Assembly (NCBI GenBank): GCA_937901105.1
Contig: CALCHD010000096.1
Coordinates: 1 to 42,585 of the forward strand
Direction of reading: 5' to 3'
From: an uncultured Bacteroidales bacterium
GTDB lineage: Bacteria > Bacteroidota > Bacteroidia > Bacteroidales > UBA932
DNA: 42,585 bases
The notes beneath the pieces are model-generated. The model was not told where the DNA came from. It was given only the letters and a program-made list of their open reading frames with translations, and searched no databases. Below, one piece after another: positions 33,800 through 41,882 of the stretch. The position numbers and the translations under genes are program-made. The stretch's first letter is position 1. The number at the start of each line of letters is the position of its first letter.

Positions 33800-34873
33800 T
33801 TATGCGTATAGCTCAGTAAATACTTTTCTAAGGGTCTCACACTCTCTTAGCTCCTGAAGAGTAAACTCAGCGTGGCCTTTAGTATAACCGTTACCGATAA
33901 TCATGTTAACGTCTGAACCGATACCCTCAGCACCTAGAGCTGCTTTAGTAAAGCTGGTAGCCATAGAGAAGAAGTATACGATACCGTCATCTTTAGTACA
34001 AAGAACAGCAGTCATCTCCTGGTCTGGAACGTTTACACAGTTGATGGTTACATCAGCCATTTTACCGTCAGTAAGTTTAGAAACCAACTCATTAACCTGA
34101 ACTGGAGTCATACCGCCAACGCTCTCAACTACGTCACAGAAACCTAGATCTTTGATACGCTGAGTACTTCTTGCAGAGTTGGTCAAACCAATTACTTTAC
34201 CAGTTACACCTACACGTTTTTTAGCCTCGTAGCAGCAAAGCATACCTGATTTTCCACCTGCACCAAGAATAACTACATTCTGGCCGTACTGGCAAAGTTT
34301 AGCAGTCTGAGCAGGAGCACCAGCTACGTCAAGAGCTGAAAGTGCAAGTTTCTCTGGAAGGTCAGCAGGAATCTTAGCGTAAATACCGCTCTCAAACAAG
34401 ATAGCTTTACCTTTGATATCAACCTGGTCTACATCTGGACGGATCTCTACAATCTCATCAATTCTAAGTGGAGTTAGAGACAAAGATACTAGAGTAGCAA
34501 TGCGGTCACCCTCCTGAAGATCAATTTTACCTTTCAGAGCATCACCAATTTTCTCAACTTTACCTAGAAGCATACCACCTGAACCGGTACGGCGGTTACG
34601 GTGTTTACCCTGCAACTCAACGTTGTAGAAAATCTCTTTTTTAACCTCTTCCATGATCTGCTCCTCAGTAGCACCCTCGCCAGCCTGAGCTTTAGCATAG
34701 TTGTGGATATCAGTGAAAGAAGCTGAATCAATGTTAAGGGTCTGAACATCAATAAGGATCTCGTTATCGTAGATCTCATCCATATTGTTGTCAATCTTGT
34801 TAGCTGGCTGTGGAAGAACACCAGCTGGCTCAATCACACGGTGAACACCGTATTTATTACCTTTTTTCTGCAT
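33800..34873 (-). CDS. kdd: L-erythro-3,5-diaminohexanoate dehydrogenase
   Basis: The N-terminus YGVHRVIEPAGVLPQPA..ILIDV..LNIDSASF and ATLVSLSLTPLRIDEI match my recollection of Kdd. Context supports the call. Confidence 0.88.
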   Translation of the reverse strand: MQKKGNKYGVHRVIEPAGVLPQPANKIDNNMDEIYDNEILIDVQTLNIDSASFTDIHNYAKAQAGEGATEEQIMEEVKKEIFYNVELQGKHRNRRTGSGGMLLGKVEKIGDALKGKIDLQEGDRIATLVSLSLTPLRIDEIVEIRPDVDQVDIKGKAILFESGIYAKIPADLPEKLALSALDVAGAPAQTAKLCQYGQNVVILGAGGKSGMLCCYEAKKRVGVTGKVIGLTNSARSTQRIKDLGFCDVVESVGGMTPVQVNELVSKLTDGKMADVTINCVNVPDQEMTAVLCTKDDGIVYFFSMATSFTKAALGAEGIGSDVNMIIGNGYTKGHAEFTLQELRECETLRKVFTELYA

Positions 34874-34914
34874 AGTTTTATATTTTTAACGTTTTATACC
34901 TATTTATATATATA

Positions 34915-35739
34915 CTATCTTGCTTTAAGACCAAGGATCTCACGAGCCTCAGCAGAAGTTGCAACCTCTCTGCCAAGCTCTTTAGCCATACGTACAACTT
35001 TAGCTACCATCTCGCCATTTGATTTAGCAAGAACACCTTTCTCAATGTAAATGCTGTCCTCAAAACCTACGCGAACGTTACCGCCCATTGCAATGGCAGC
35101 AGCAGCAAGGTTGAACTGATGACGGCCAATACCAGTTGCTGTCCAAGTTGAACCTGCAGGAATTGCGTTAACCAGCCAGCAAAGGTTCTGAACAGTTGCA
35201 GGAGTACAGCCAGGAACACCAAGAACAAAGTTGAACTGCATAGGAGCACCAGGAACCTGGCCTTTTTTAGCCATGTTAAGGATAGTGTCAAGGTGACCCA
35301 TCTCAAAGCACTCGTACTCAGGTTTGATATTGTTCTCAAGCATTCTCTTTCCAAATGCTCTCATGATAGGCATTGTGTTCTCGAATACATCGTCACCGAA
35401 GTTACAAGTACCACAATCCAAAGTAGCCATCTCTGGGAAAAGTTCAGTTGGCTGAAGACGCTCCTCTGCAGACATTCCAACTGCACCGCCTGTTGAAGGG
35501 ATAAGGATTACATCCGGGCACTCTTTAAGGATTGCATCAATGCACTCTTTGAAACGCGCTTTGCTCTGTGTAGGAGTACCGTCGTCCTCTCTAACGTGCA
35601 AGTGAACGATAGCAGCACCTGCATCAACAGCTGATTTAGCCTCTCTTACAATCTCCTCTACAGTATAAGGAACTGCAGGGTTCTGCTCTTTGGTTACCTC
35701 AGCACCGCAGATAGCGGCAGTAATGATAAGTTTAGCCAT
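34915..35739 (-). CDS. kce: 3-keto-5-aminohexanoate cleavage enzyme (BKACE/DUF849)
   Basis: The 274-aa protein begins MAKLIITAAICGAE. The HLHVRE motif is present. Confidence 0.9.
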   Translation of the reverse strand: MAKLIITAAICGAEVTKEQNPAVPYTVEEIVREAKSAVDAGAAIVHLHVREDDGTPTQSKARFKECIDAILKECPDVILIPSTGGAVGMSAEERLQPTELFPEMATLDCGTCNFGDDVFENTMPIMRAFGKRMLENNIKPEYECFEMGHLDTILNMAKKGQVPGAPMQFNFVLGVPGCTPATVQNLCWLVNAIPAGSTWTATGIGRHQFNLAAAAIAMGGNVRVGFEDSIYIEKGVLAKSNGEMVAKVVRMAKELGREVATSAEAREILGLKAR

Positions 35740-35747
35740 ATCAGTTA

Positions 35748-36140
35748 TTATTTTTTATTTCTCTGACATTTAACTGGAACTACGCAAGTACCGCTTGCTT
35801 TACATACAAGGATTGGCTCCTCAAGTACGTCAGCAGCTGAGTCTGAAATATCAGGACGAGGCACGATAACTTTCTTAGCCTCAAATACCATCTTTCTAGA
35901 CGAGTTACCAGTTGAAACGATCTCACCAGTAGCCTCAATATAGTCACCTGCATAAACAGGAGCCATAAACTCTACGCTGTCATATGCTTTAAACAGACCC
36001 TCATCACCGTCGTTGATGATAAGAAGCTCGGTAGCAACATCACCGAACAAGTTCAACATTCTTGCACCGTCTACAAGATTTCCACCGTAGTGAGCGTCAT
36101 GACAGCTCATTCTAACTCTAATCAAAGCTTTTTTAGTCAT
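35748..36140 (-). CDS. kal: 3-aminobutyryl-CoA ammonia-lyase (hotdog fold)
   Basis: 130 aa. Contains [36 protein letters not shown]. Confidence 0.85.
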   Translation of the reverse strand: MTKKALIRVRMSCHDAHYGGNLVDGARMLNLFGDVATELLIINDGDEGLFKAYDSVEFMAPVYAGDYIEATGEIVSTGNSSRKMVFEAKKVIVPRPDISDSAADVLEEPILVCKASGTCVVPVKCQRNKK

Positions 36141-36161
36141 AGGACAAAGTATTAAATGTTT

Positions 36162-36809
36162 TTATTTTGAATAAATATAGTCAACGAAAATTGCTGGGGT
36201 GTGAACCTGCTCTGGAGCAATCTCACCAGTCTTAACCACCTTCTCAGCCTCAACGATTACAACATCAGCAGCTGTAGCCATAAGAGGGTTGAAGTTCTGG
36301 GTTGTACCTACGTAAACAAGGTTACCGTCCTCATCAGACAAGGTTGCGCCCAAAAGTGCGATATCAGCTCTCAAAGGTTTCTCCAAAAGATACTCTTTGC
36401 CGTCAACAACAATAGTCTGCTTGCCTTCAGCAACTACAGTACCCAAACCGGTAGGGGTAAGAACACCGCCCAAACCAGCTCCACCTGCCCTTACTCTCTC
36501 TGCAAGTGTTCCCTGTGGGCTGAACTCAATCTCAAGTTCACCTGAATTCATCTGCTCACTGGTATTAGGGTTTGTACCAATGTGAGAAACAATCACCTTT
36601 TTAACCTGCTTGTTGGTAATAAGCTTTCCGTGTGCAACCTCAGCAAAAGCAGTATCGTTACAGATAAGGGTAAGATCCTTTACACCGCTTTTAGCCAACT
36701 CGTCAAGAATTGCTATAGGGCTGCCGGCAGCCAAGAAACCGCCAACCATTACTGTCATGCCATCCTTTACCTTAGAAACGGCATCTTGCAAAGAAATTCT
36801 TTTGTTCAT
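36162..36809 (-). CDS. atoD: 3-oxoacid CoA-transferase subunit A
   Basis: 215 aa. Contains DGMTVMVGGF...NDTA...SHIGTNP...LAERVRAGGAGLGG. Confidence 0.9.
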   Translation of the reverse strand: MNKRISLQDAVSKVKDGMTVMVGGFLAAGSPIAILDELAKSGVKDLTLICNDTAFAEVAHGKLITNKQVKKVIVSHIGTNPNTSEQMNSGELEIEFSPQGTLAERVRAGGAGLGGVLTPTGLGTVVAEGKQTIVVDGKEYLLEKPLRADIALLGATLSDEDGNLVYVGTTQNFNPLMATAADVVIVEAEKVVKTGEIAPEQVHTPAIFVDYIYSK

Positions 36810-36826
36810 TATATTTTTAATTAAAA

Positions 36827-36890
36827 TTTTTGCCTAAATGCTGTACGGGAGGTCCGCCCGTACTAATAGCAAGGCAAATTTAGGTAAAAA
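36827..36890. promoter_or_regulatory. nested dyad overlapping the predicted lysine-operon promoter: -7 motif TAAATTTG (minus strand, 36875-36882) plus a GC hairpin at 36843-36863
   Basis: Outer arms TTTTTGCCTAAAT (36827-36839) and ATTTAGGTAAAAA (36878-36890) are complementary at 12 of 13 positions. The inner pair is GTACGGG (36843-36849) with CCCGTAC (36857-36863). Plus-strand CAAATTTA equals TAnnTTTG on the minus strand, 66 nt upstream of the atoD ATG. Confidence 0.5.
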
Positions 36891-36982
36891 AAATAGGATT
36901 TCAAATTATTTCAAACAAGAAAATCACTAATAATTACACAAAAAAAATGAATTATAAAATTAGGAAATTGAAGGATTATCAG

Positions 36983-36990
36983 TACATTTG
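36983..36990 (+). promoter_or_regulatory. -7 promoter motif TACATTTG for crt-hbd
   Basis: Matches TAnnTTTG, 54 nt upstream of the ATG at 37044. Confidence 0.45.
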
Positions 36991-37043
36991 TATGAAGTAA
37001 TTTGCACAAAAAGTCAAATAAACAACTATATACTTGTAACACA

Positions 37044-37823
37044 ATGGAATACACCAAACTTATTGTAGAAAAGCAGGAGTCTGTATGCGTTGTCAAGATC
37101 AACAATCCGCAGGCTATGAACGCCCTTAACACAACCGTTTTGAGCGAACTTGACGCTGCATTCACAGCAATTGAGAAAGACAAAGAGATAAAAGCAGTGA
37201 TCATTACCGGAGAGGGCCGCGCATTCGTTGCTGGAGCAGACATCTCGCAGATGAGCACAATGAACGCTACAGAGGGCAAGGCTTTTGGAGAGCAGGGCGC
37301 TGCAGTATTCAGAAAAATTGAAAAACTTCCTGTTCCGGTAATTGCAGCCGTAAACGGATTTGCACTAGGCGGAGGATGCGAACTTGCAATGGCTTGTGAC
37401 ATCAGAATCGCATCTGCAAAAGCAAAATTCGGACAGCCGGAGGTTGGTTTGGGAATAACTCCAGGATTTTCAGGCACCCAGAGACTTCCTAGAATTGTAG
37501 GATTGGGTATTGCAAAGGAGCTTATCTATACAGCAGACATCATTGATGCAGCAGAGGCCTACAGAATTGGTCTTGCAAATAAAGTCGTTGAGCCAGATGC
37601 GCTTATGGAGGAAGCTATGAAGATGGCTAACAAGATTGCATCTAAAGCCCCTATCGCAGTAAGATACAGCAAAGAGGCTATCAACACTGGTATCCAAACA
37701 GATATAGACTCTGCAATCGCTATTGAGGCAAACCTTTTCGGACTATGCTTTGCAAGCGAGGACCAGAAAGAGGGAATGGGCGCTTTCCTTAAGAAAGAGA
37801 CACCGCAGTTCAAGAACAAATAA
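37044..37823 (+). CDS. crt: short-chain enoyl-CoA hydratase (crotonase)
   Basis: Crotonase fold with ..VKINNPQAMNALN...FVAGADI...AAVNGFALGGGCELAMACD..FGQPEV.LGI.PG. I prefer the start MEYTKLIVEKQ at 37044 to the ORF-track start at 37002. Confidence 0.9.
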   Translation: MEYTKLIVEKQESVCVVKINNPQAMNALNTTVLSELDAAFTAIEKDKEIKAVIITGEGRAFVAGADISQMSTMNATEGKAFGEQGAAVFRKIEKLPVPVIAAVNGFALGGGCELAMACDIRIASAKAKFGQPEVGLGITPGFSGTQRLPRIVGLGIAKELIYTADIIDAAEAYRIGLANKVVEPDALMEEAMKMANKIASKAPIAVRYSKEAINTGIQTDIDSAIAIEANLFGLCFASEDQKEGMGAFLKKETPQFKNK

Positions 37824-37861
37824 CAGAATTTCAAATAACTGATAAAAATTTAATTATTACT

Positions 37862-38707
37862 ATGAAAGTAGCAGTAGTAGGTAACGGAACAATGGGCAAC
37901 GGTATTGCCCAGACATTTGCAGTAGCCGGACACGATGTAATCATCAAAGGTCGTTCAGACGCGTCATTGGCAAAAGCTCACGCTTCAATTGAGAAAAGCC
38001 TTGCAAAAATGGTTGAGAAAGGCAAAATGGAGGCTGCAGACAGAGATGCAGCTCTTGCAAGACTTAAAGACACAAAGGTTTACGAGGACCTTGCAGACGT
38101 TGATCTAGTAGTAGAGGTTGTAGCAGAGGATATGGGCATCAAAGAGGAGATCTTCAAGACCCTAGACCAGATCTGCAAACCAGAGGCTATCCTTGCAACA
38201 AACACTTCTTCATTGTCAATCACTCAGGTTGCTTCATTCACAACCCGTCCTGAGAAAGTAATTGGAATGCACTTCTTCAACCCAGTTCCAATGATGAAAC
38301 TTGTAGAGGTTATCAAAGGCCAGCTTACTTCAGACGAGACTCACCAGACTATCGTAGAGGTTTCAAAACAGATTGGCAAAACCCCTGTTACAGTTAACGA
38401 GGCTCCTGGTTTCGTTGTTAACAGAATCCTTATCCCTATGGTTAACGAGGGTATCGGCATCCTTGCTGACGGCGTAGCAACTAAAGAGGAGATTGACGAG
38501 GCTATGAAACTTGGTGCAAACCACCCTATGGGTCCATTGGCACTTGCAGACCTTATCGGCTTGGACGTATGTCTAGCTATCATGGAGGTGCTTTACAATG
38601 AGTTCGGCGACACCAAATACCGTCCTCATCCACTTCTTAGAAAGATGGTTAGAGCCAAACTTCTTGGAAGAAAAACCGGTGTTGGTTTCTACGACTACAG
38701 AAAATAG
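37862..38707 (+). CDS. hbd: 3-hydroxybutyryl-CoA dehydrogenase
   Basis: 281 aa with the N-terminal Rossmann motif VVGNGTMGNGIAQ, plus SNTSSLSIT..HFFNPVP.M.LVE and a C-terminal dimerisation domain. Confidence 0.93.
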   Translation: MKVAVVGNGTMGNGIAQTFAVAGHDVIIKGRSDASLAKAHASIEKSLAKMVEKGKMEAADRDAALARLKDTKVYEDLADVDLVVEVVAEDMGIKEEIFKTLDQICKPEAILATNTSSLSITQVASFTTRPEKVIGMHFFNPVPMMKLVEVIKGQLTSDETHQTIVEVSKQIGKTPVTVNEAPGFVVNRILIPMVNEGIGILADGVATKEEIDEAMKLGANHPMGPLALADLIGLDVCLAIMEVLYNEFGDTKYRPHPLLRKMVRAKLLGRKTGVGFYDYRK

Positions 38708-38743
38708 TCTTCCCGACAGTTCCTTGGAACTCATACAAAACAA

Positions 38744-38775
38744 AATCCCTGCCACCAAAGTGACAGGGATTTTTA
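38744..38775 (+). terminator. intrinsic terminator after hbd
   Basis: AATCCCTG (38744-38751) pairs with CAGGGATT (38764-38771), followed by TTTT. Confidence 0.75.
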
Positions 38776-38785
38776 TTTCATCCTC

Positions 38786-38810
38786 AAAAAAGCCCTCCTT
38801 GCGGGAGGGC
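38786..38810 (-). terminator. intrinsic terminator after the acyltransferase gene
   Basis: GCCCTCC (38792-38798) pairs with GGAGGGC (38804-38810). The minus-strand U-run corresponds to the plus-strand A6 at 38786-38791. Confidence 0.75.
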
Positions 38811-38834
38811 CTGATATATCACAATCTGTCGGGA

Positions 38835-39980
38835 TTAAAGATTCTTCATGCTTACAACAGGGTTCGCATAGATAGAAAGGAATATCTCCTTTAATTCATC
38901 CATATCAACATCCGGAAGCTTGACTGCAGCAAGCTGCGCCGCCATATACCCCTCAAATGCTGCTTTCTCCTGCGCTGAATACTTGTCAGCAAACTCACCG
39001 CCGGAATTAAGCATATCGTATGCAATATAGTTGTTGTTCCAAAGCTTGAAGTTGGCAATTATCTTCTTGTCCATTGCTGTACATACAGCCTTGAACCTCT
39101 CATTCTTGTCAAGCTGCGAGGCTGCCTCAATCTCCTCCATTGTCAACGGCTCATTGAATGAGATATGGATATTGCCCTTTGGCTGCATAATGCCGGTAAG
39201 AATACTCTTAAGATCCTCGCCTTCAGCCTTTACATACTTCTGTCTCTTGCTAACATACATCTCCACCGCCTTCTGTATGTCACAAGGCTCATACTCATAT
39301 GAAATTGAGGTTGGAAGAATGGAAAGTTCCGCAAAATCCTTCACAAAGTCACCGCTGCCGCTCATGTCAAACATCTTAAGCAAGCCCTGCTCTGTCATAT
39401 CAAGGCCGTCCTTTGTACGTCCGTTGCGCTGCGCAATCCACACAGAACTCTTTCCCGTAGACACATTGTATCTCATATACTCTGAAAGGATCTTTGAAGT
39501 GGTATAGACCTCTCTAGGATTTGTGCTCCTTATAACCTTGATCATCTTGTTTGATCTTGTTATATCCTCTATGAATGAAGAAGTTATAAGATTGTCACCC
39601 ACAGCAATCTCTGTAGTTGCAACACCATGCTTGAACAATATCAGCTGAATGATTGCAGAATCAAGGACAATATCCCTGTGATTTGAAACTATCAGATGCT
39701 TTGCATCTCCGCCAAAATGTTCAAGTCCGCTGAAAGTAAGCTCCTTTGAAGTGCTCTGGAGAATCCTTGCAACTATCTGTGACATAACCTTTACCTGAAA
39801 ATCCTCCTTGGAATGGCAGGAAAGCAGAAGCTGCTTGAAAAGGTTCTCATCCTGGCCAGGGAAAAGATATTGCGCAATGTTGGACAAAAGAGGGTTTGCC
39901 ACTATTCTTTCCAACGCAGGATGCACTTCAGCATCATTATACGGCCTTATATCATCAAATTTTGTAGAATCCATAATCAA
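38835..39980 (-). CDS. PlsC-type (lysophospholipid/glycerol-phosphate) acyltransferase with a C-terminal extension
   Basis: HX4D motif present (NHRDIVLD). The 381-aa length exceeds that of canonical PlsC. Confidence 0.75.
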   Translation of the reverse strand: MIMDSTKFDDIRPYNDAEVHPALERIVANPLLSNIAQYLFPGQDENLFKQLLLSCHSKEDFQVKVMSQIVARILQSTSKELTFSGLEHFGGDAKHLIVSNHRDIVLDSAIIQLILFKHGVATTEIAVGDNLITSSFIEDITRSNKMIKVIRSTNPREVYTTSKILSEYMRYNVSTGKSSVWIAQRNGRTKDGLDMTEQGLLKMFDMSGSGDFVKDFAELSILPTSISYEYEPCDIQKAVEMYVSKRQKYVKAEGEDLKSILTGIMQPKGNIHISFNEPLTMEEIEAASQLDKNERFKAVCTAMDKKIIANFKLWNNNYIAYDMLNSGGEFADKYSAQEKAAFEGYMAAQLAAVKLPDVDMDELKEIFLSIYANPVVSMKNL

Positions 39981-40004
39981 ATAAGGTAGGTATATAGTTT
40001 AAGA

Positions 40005-40012
40005 CAAAGTTA
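40005..40012 (-). promoter_or_regulatory. -7 promoter motif TAACTTTG (minus strand) for the acyltransferase gene
   Basis: Plus-strand CAAAGTTA sits 25 nt upstream of the ATG at 39980. Confidence 0.45.
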
Positions 40013-40083
40013 AGAACTAAATGACAAAGAACAAATTTTAAATTTTTTTAATGTGCGTGAACCTTTTTAATCAACGTTTGTTA

Positions 40084-40091
40084 TACATTTG
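40084..40091 (+). promoter_or_regulatory. -7 promoter motif TACATTTG for the DUF255-like gene
   Basis: Matches TAnnTTTG, 22 nt upstream of the ATG at 40113. Confidence 0.45.
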
Positions 40092-40112
40092 ATTTAACTT
40101 AATGGAACAGCC

Positions 40113-41882
40113 ATGTACAAAACAGCTTCACCTTACGTAAAAGAGCTCCTTAAAGGGGAAATTCCCTGGCAGCCCTTCACCGGAGAGACTCTCAACCGGG
40201 CAGCAGAACAGGACAAGATGATATTCGTGCACATAGGAAACATTGCCAACACCCAGGCAAGAATACAGGCCTACGCACTATTTTCAGACCCCAGAGTGAT
40301 AAATGTACTCAAGGAGAACTTTATCTGCATAGCACTTGACACAGAGGACGTTCCAGAGGCATACCTCATTGGAATGGACCTCCTCCTTATAAATGAGCAG
40401 AAGATAAGTGAATATATAAACATCTTCTCCCTCCCGGGGGTAAAGCCGGTAACATCTTTCTCTTCACTTCTTCCCGACGATTTGCTGCAAATCGCCCGCA
40501 ATATGCTCAACTCCTTTGCCAACAAGAGGGAAAAGCTTGAACTGGCAGGAAAATACCTTACCCAAAGGCTGAAGCTGTCGGGAATAGTAACAAAGAAAGA
40601 AGAGGAGAAAAGCATCTCCCCAAAACTGCTGCATGCATATATAAGAAGCTGGTCTTCAAGATTTTTGGACAAGGACAACAAATACAGGAGAAAACCCTAC
40701 ACATTGGCGGCAAGGAACCTTCTGTTCATCTTGGAGTATGCGCAGCACTACAAGATGCAGGAGTACCTCCAATATATAGACGAATCCCTACAGCATGTAT
40801 ACTACTCTCCAATGTTCGACCCTATAGAGGGAGGGCTGTTCAGAGAAGCGGAAGACTACACCCTAAAAGCCCCTTCTTACGAGAAAATAATCTACGAAAA
40901 TGCAAACGCCATAACACTGTTTACAACTGCATACAAGTATCTGAAAAGAAGGATCTACAAAGAGGCTGCAGAGAGGATTGCGGAGTTTCTGGAAAGCAGC
41001 ATGATGATACCTGGCAAAGGATACATCACATATATCACTTTAAATGGAAACACCTCAAGCAGTGATTATTACAAGTACTCACTTAAAGAACTGCAGGAGA
41101 TATTCCCAAACAGATGGAAAGCTGTAGGAAGCGCACTTGGAATGAACACTAAAGAAGACCCTGCAGCCATGCAGACAATATCCAACACCCAAAAATATTG
41201 GGACATATCATACGACGAGCTGACAGCCCTTAAAAGGATAAGGAAACAGCGTTCAGGAAGCCTTCTGTACGACAAAAGGGTAATGACAGGGTACAACTGC
41301 AAAGTGGCCTCTGCGCTCTGCTCTATGGGGGCCGTATGCCCAAAAACAGGCCAGAAATACCTCCACATGGCGGCACAGATCATAGACAATATCCTCAAAA
41401 TACAGAAAAAAGGGACAATCTCACTATACAAGTACATCTCCTGCACCAATGCAGAATACTCAATATCAGACCTCTACGATTACTCCCTCTTCCTTAACTG
41501 CGTACTTATGCAATACAGGCTTACCAAGGAGAAGAAATACCTCTCCCTGGCCAAAACCTATTCTGAATATATATTTGTAAACTATTACATTCCTGAAACC
41601 GGAATGTTCAGCAAAACATCGCAGGAAAAGCCCAGAATCCCTATAAAAAGAGCCCCTGTGATAGACTATAATACCCTCTCGTCAAACTCAATCATGGCAG
41701 AAAACATGCTTCTGCTCAATCAGGTGATTGGAGGAGACGGCATTTATATCAACACTTTCAAACAGCAAATCTACAACATTGAACCACAGCTAATTGGAAG
41801 CGGGCCATTTATGACAGGATGGGGGATGCAGCTGCTTAATTACCTCACCAGATACAGCACATCATCCCCTGATGAGCAATGA
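40113..41882 (+). CDS. DUF255 / YyaL-like protein (thioredoxin-like N-domain plus alpha/alpha-barrel-like C-domain) lacking the CxxC motif
   Basis: PWQPFTGETLNRAAEQDKMIFVHIGNIANTQARIQ...VLKENFICIALDTEDVPE aligns by eye with the family's W.[29 protein letters not shown]...LNENFV.IKVDREERPD. GNIANTQ replaces GYSTCHWCH. Confidence 0.7.
   Translation: MYKTASPYVKELLKGEIPWQPFTGETLNRAAEQDKMIFVHIGNIANTQARIQAYALFSDPRVINVLKENFICIALDTEDVPEAYLIGMDLLLINEQKISEYINIFSLPGVKPVTSFSSLLPDDLLQIARNMLNSFANKREKLELAGKYLTQRLKLSGIVTKKEEEKSISPKLLHAYIRSWSSRFLDKDNKYRRKPYTLAARNLLFILEYAQHYKMQEYLQYIDESLQHVYYSPMFDPIEGGLFREAEDYTLKAPSYEKIIYENANAITLFTTAYKYLKRRIYKEAAERIAEFLESSMMIPGKGYITYITLNGNTSSSDYYKYSLKELQEIFPNRWKAVGSALGMNTKEDPAAMQTISNTQKYWDISYDELTALKRIRKQRSGSLLYDKRVMTGYNCKVASALCSMGAVCPKTGQKYLHMAAQIIDNILKIQKKGTISLYKYISCTNAEYSISDLYDYSLFLNCVLMQYRLTKEKKYLSLAKTYSEYIFVNYYIPETGMFSKTSQEKPRIPIKRAPVIDYNTLSSNSIMAENMLLLNQVIGGDGIYINTFKQQIYNIEPQLIGSGPFMTGWGMQLLNYLTRYSTSSPDEQ

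Noticed and set aside
24057-36809. The lysine locus as a horizontally acquired island, given that its codon usage looks different from genes such as 19181-23271.
   Set aside because: I cannot quantify composition without computation. The locus uses the same promoter motif type, has no mobility genes or flanking repeats, and its codon pattern resembles that of carAB and the ilv genes, which suggests high expression rather than foreign origin.
36810-36874. A lysine (L-box) or cobalamin riboswitch in the leader of the lysine/B12-dependent operon.
   Set aside because: The predicted leader is only about 60 nt with a single short hairpin. Known L-box and cobalamin aptamers need roughly 170-200 nt with multiple helices, and I see none of their conserved cores.
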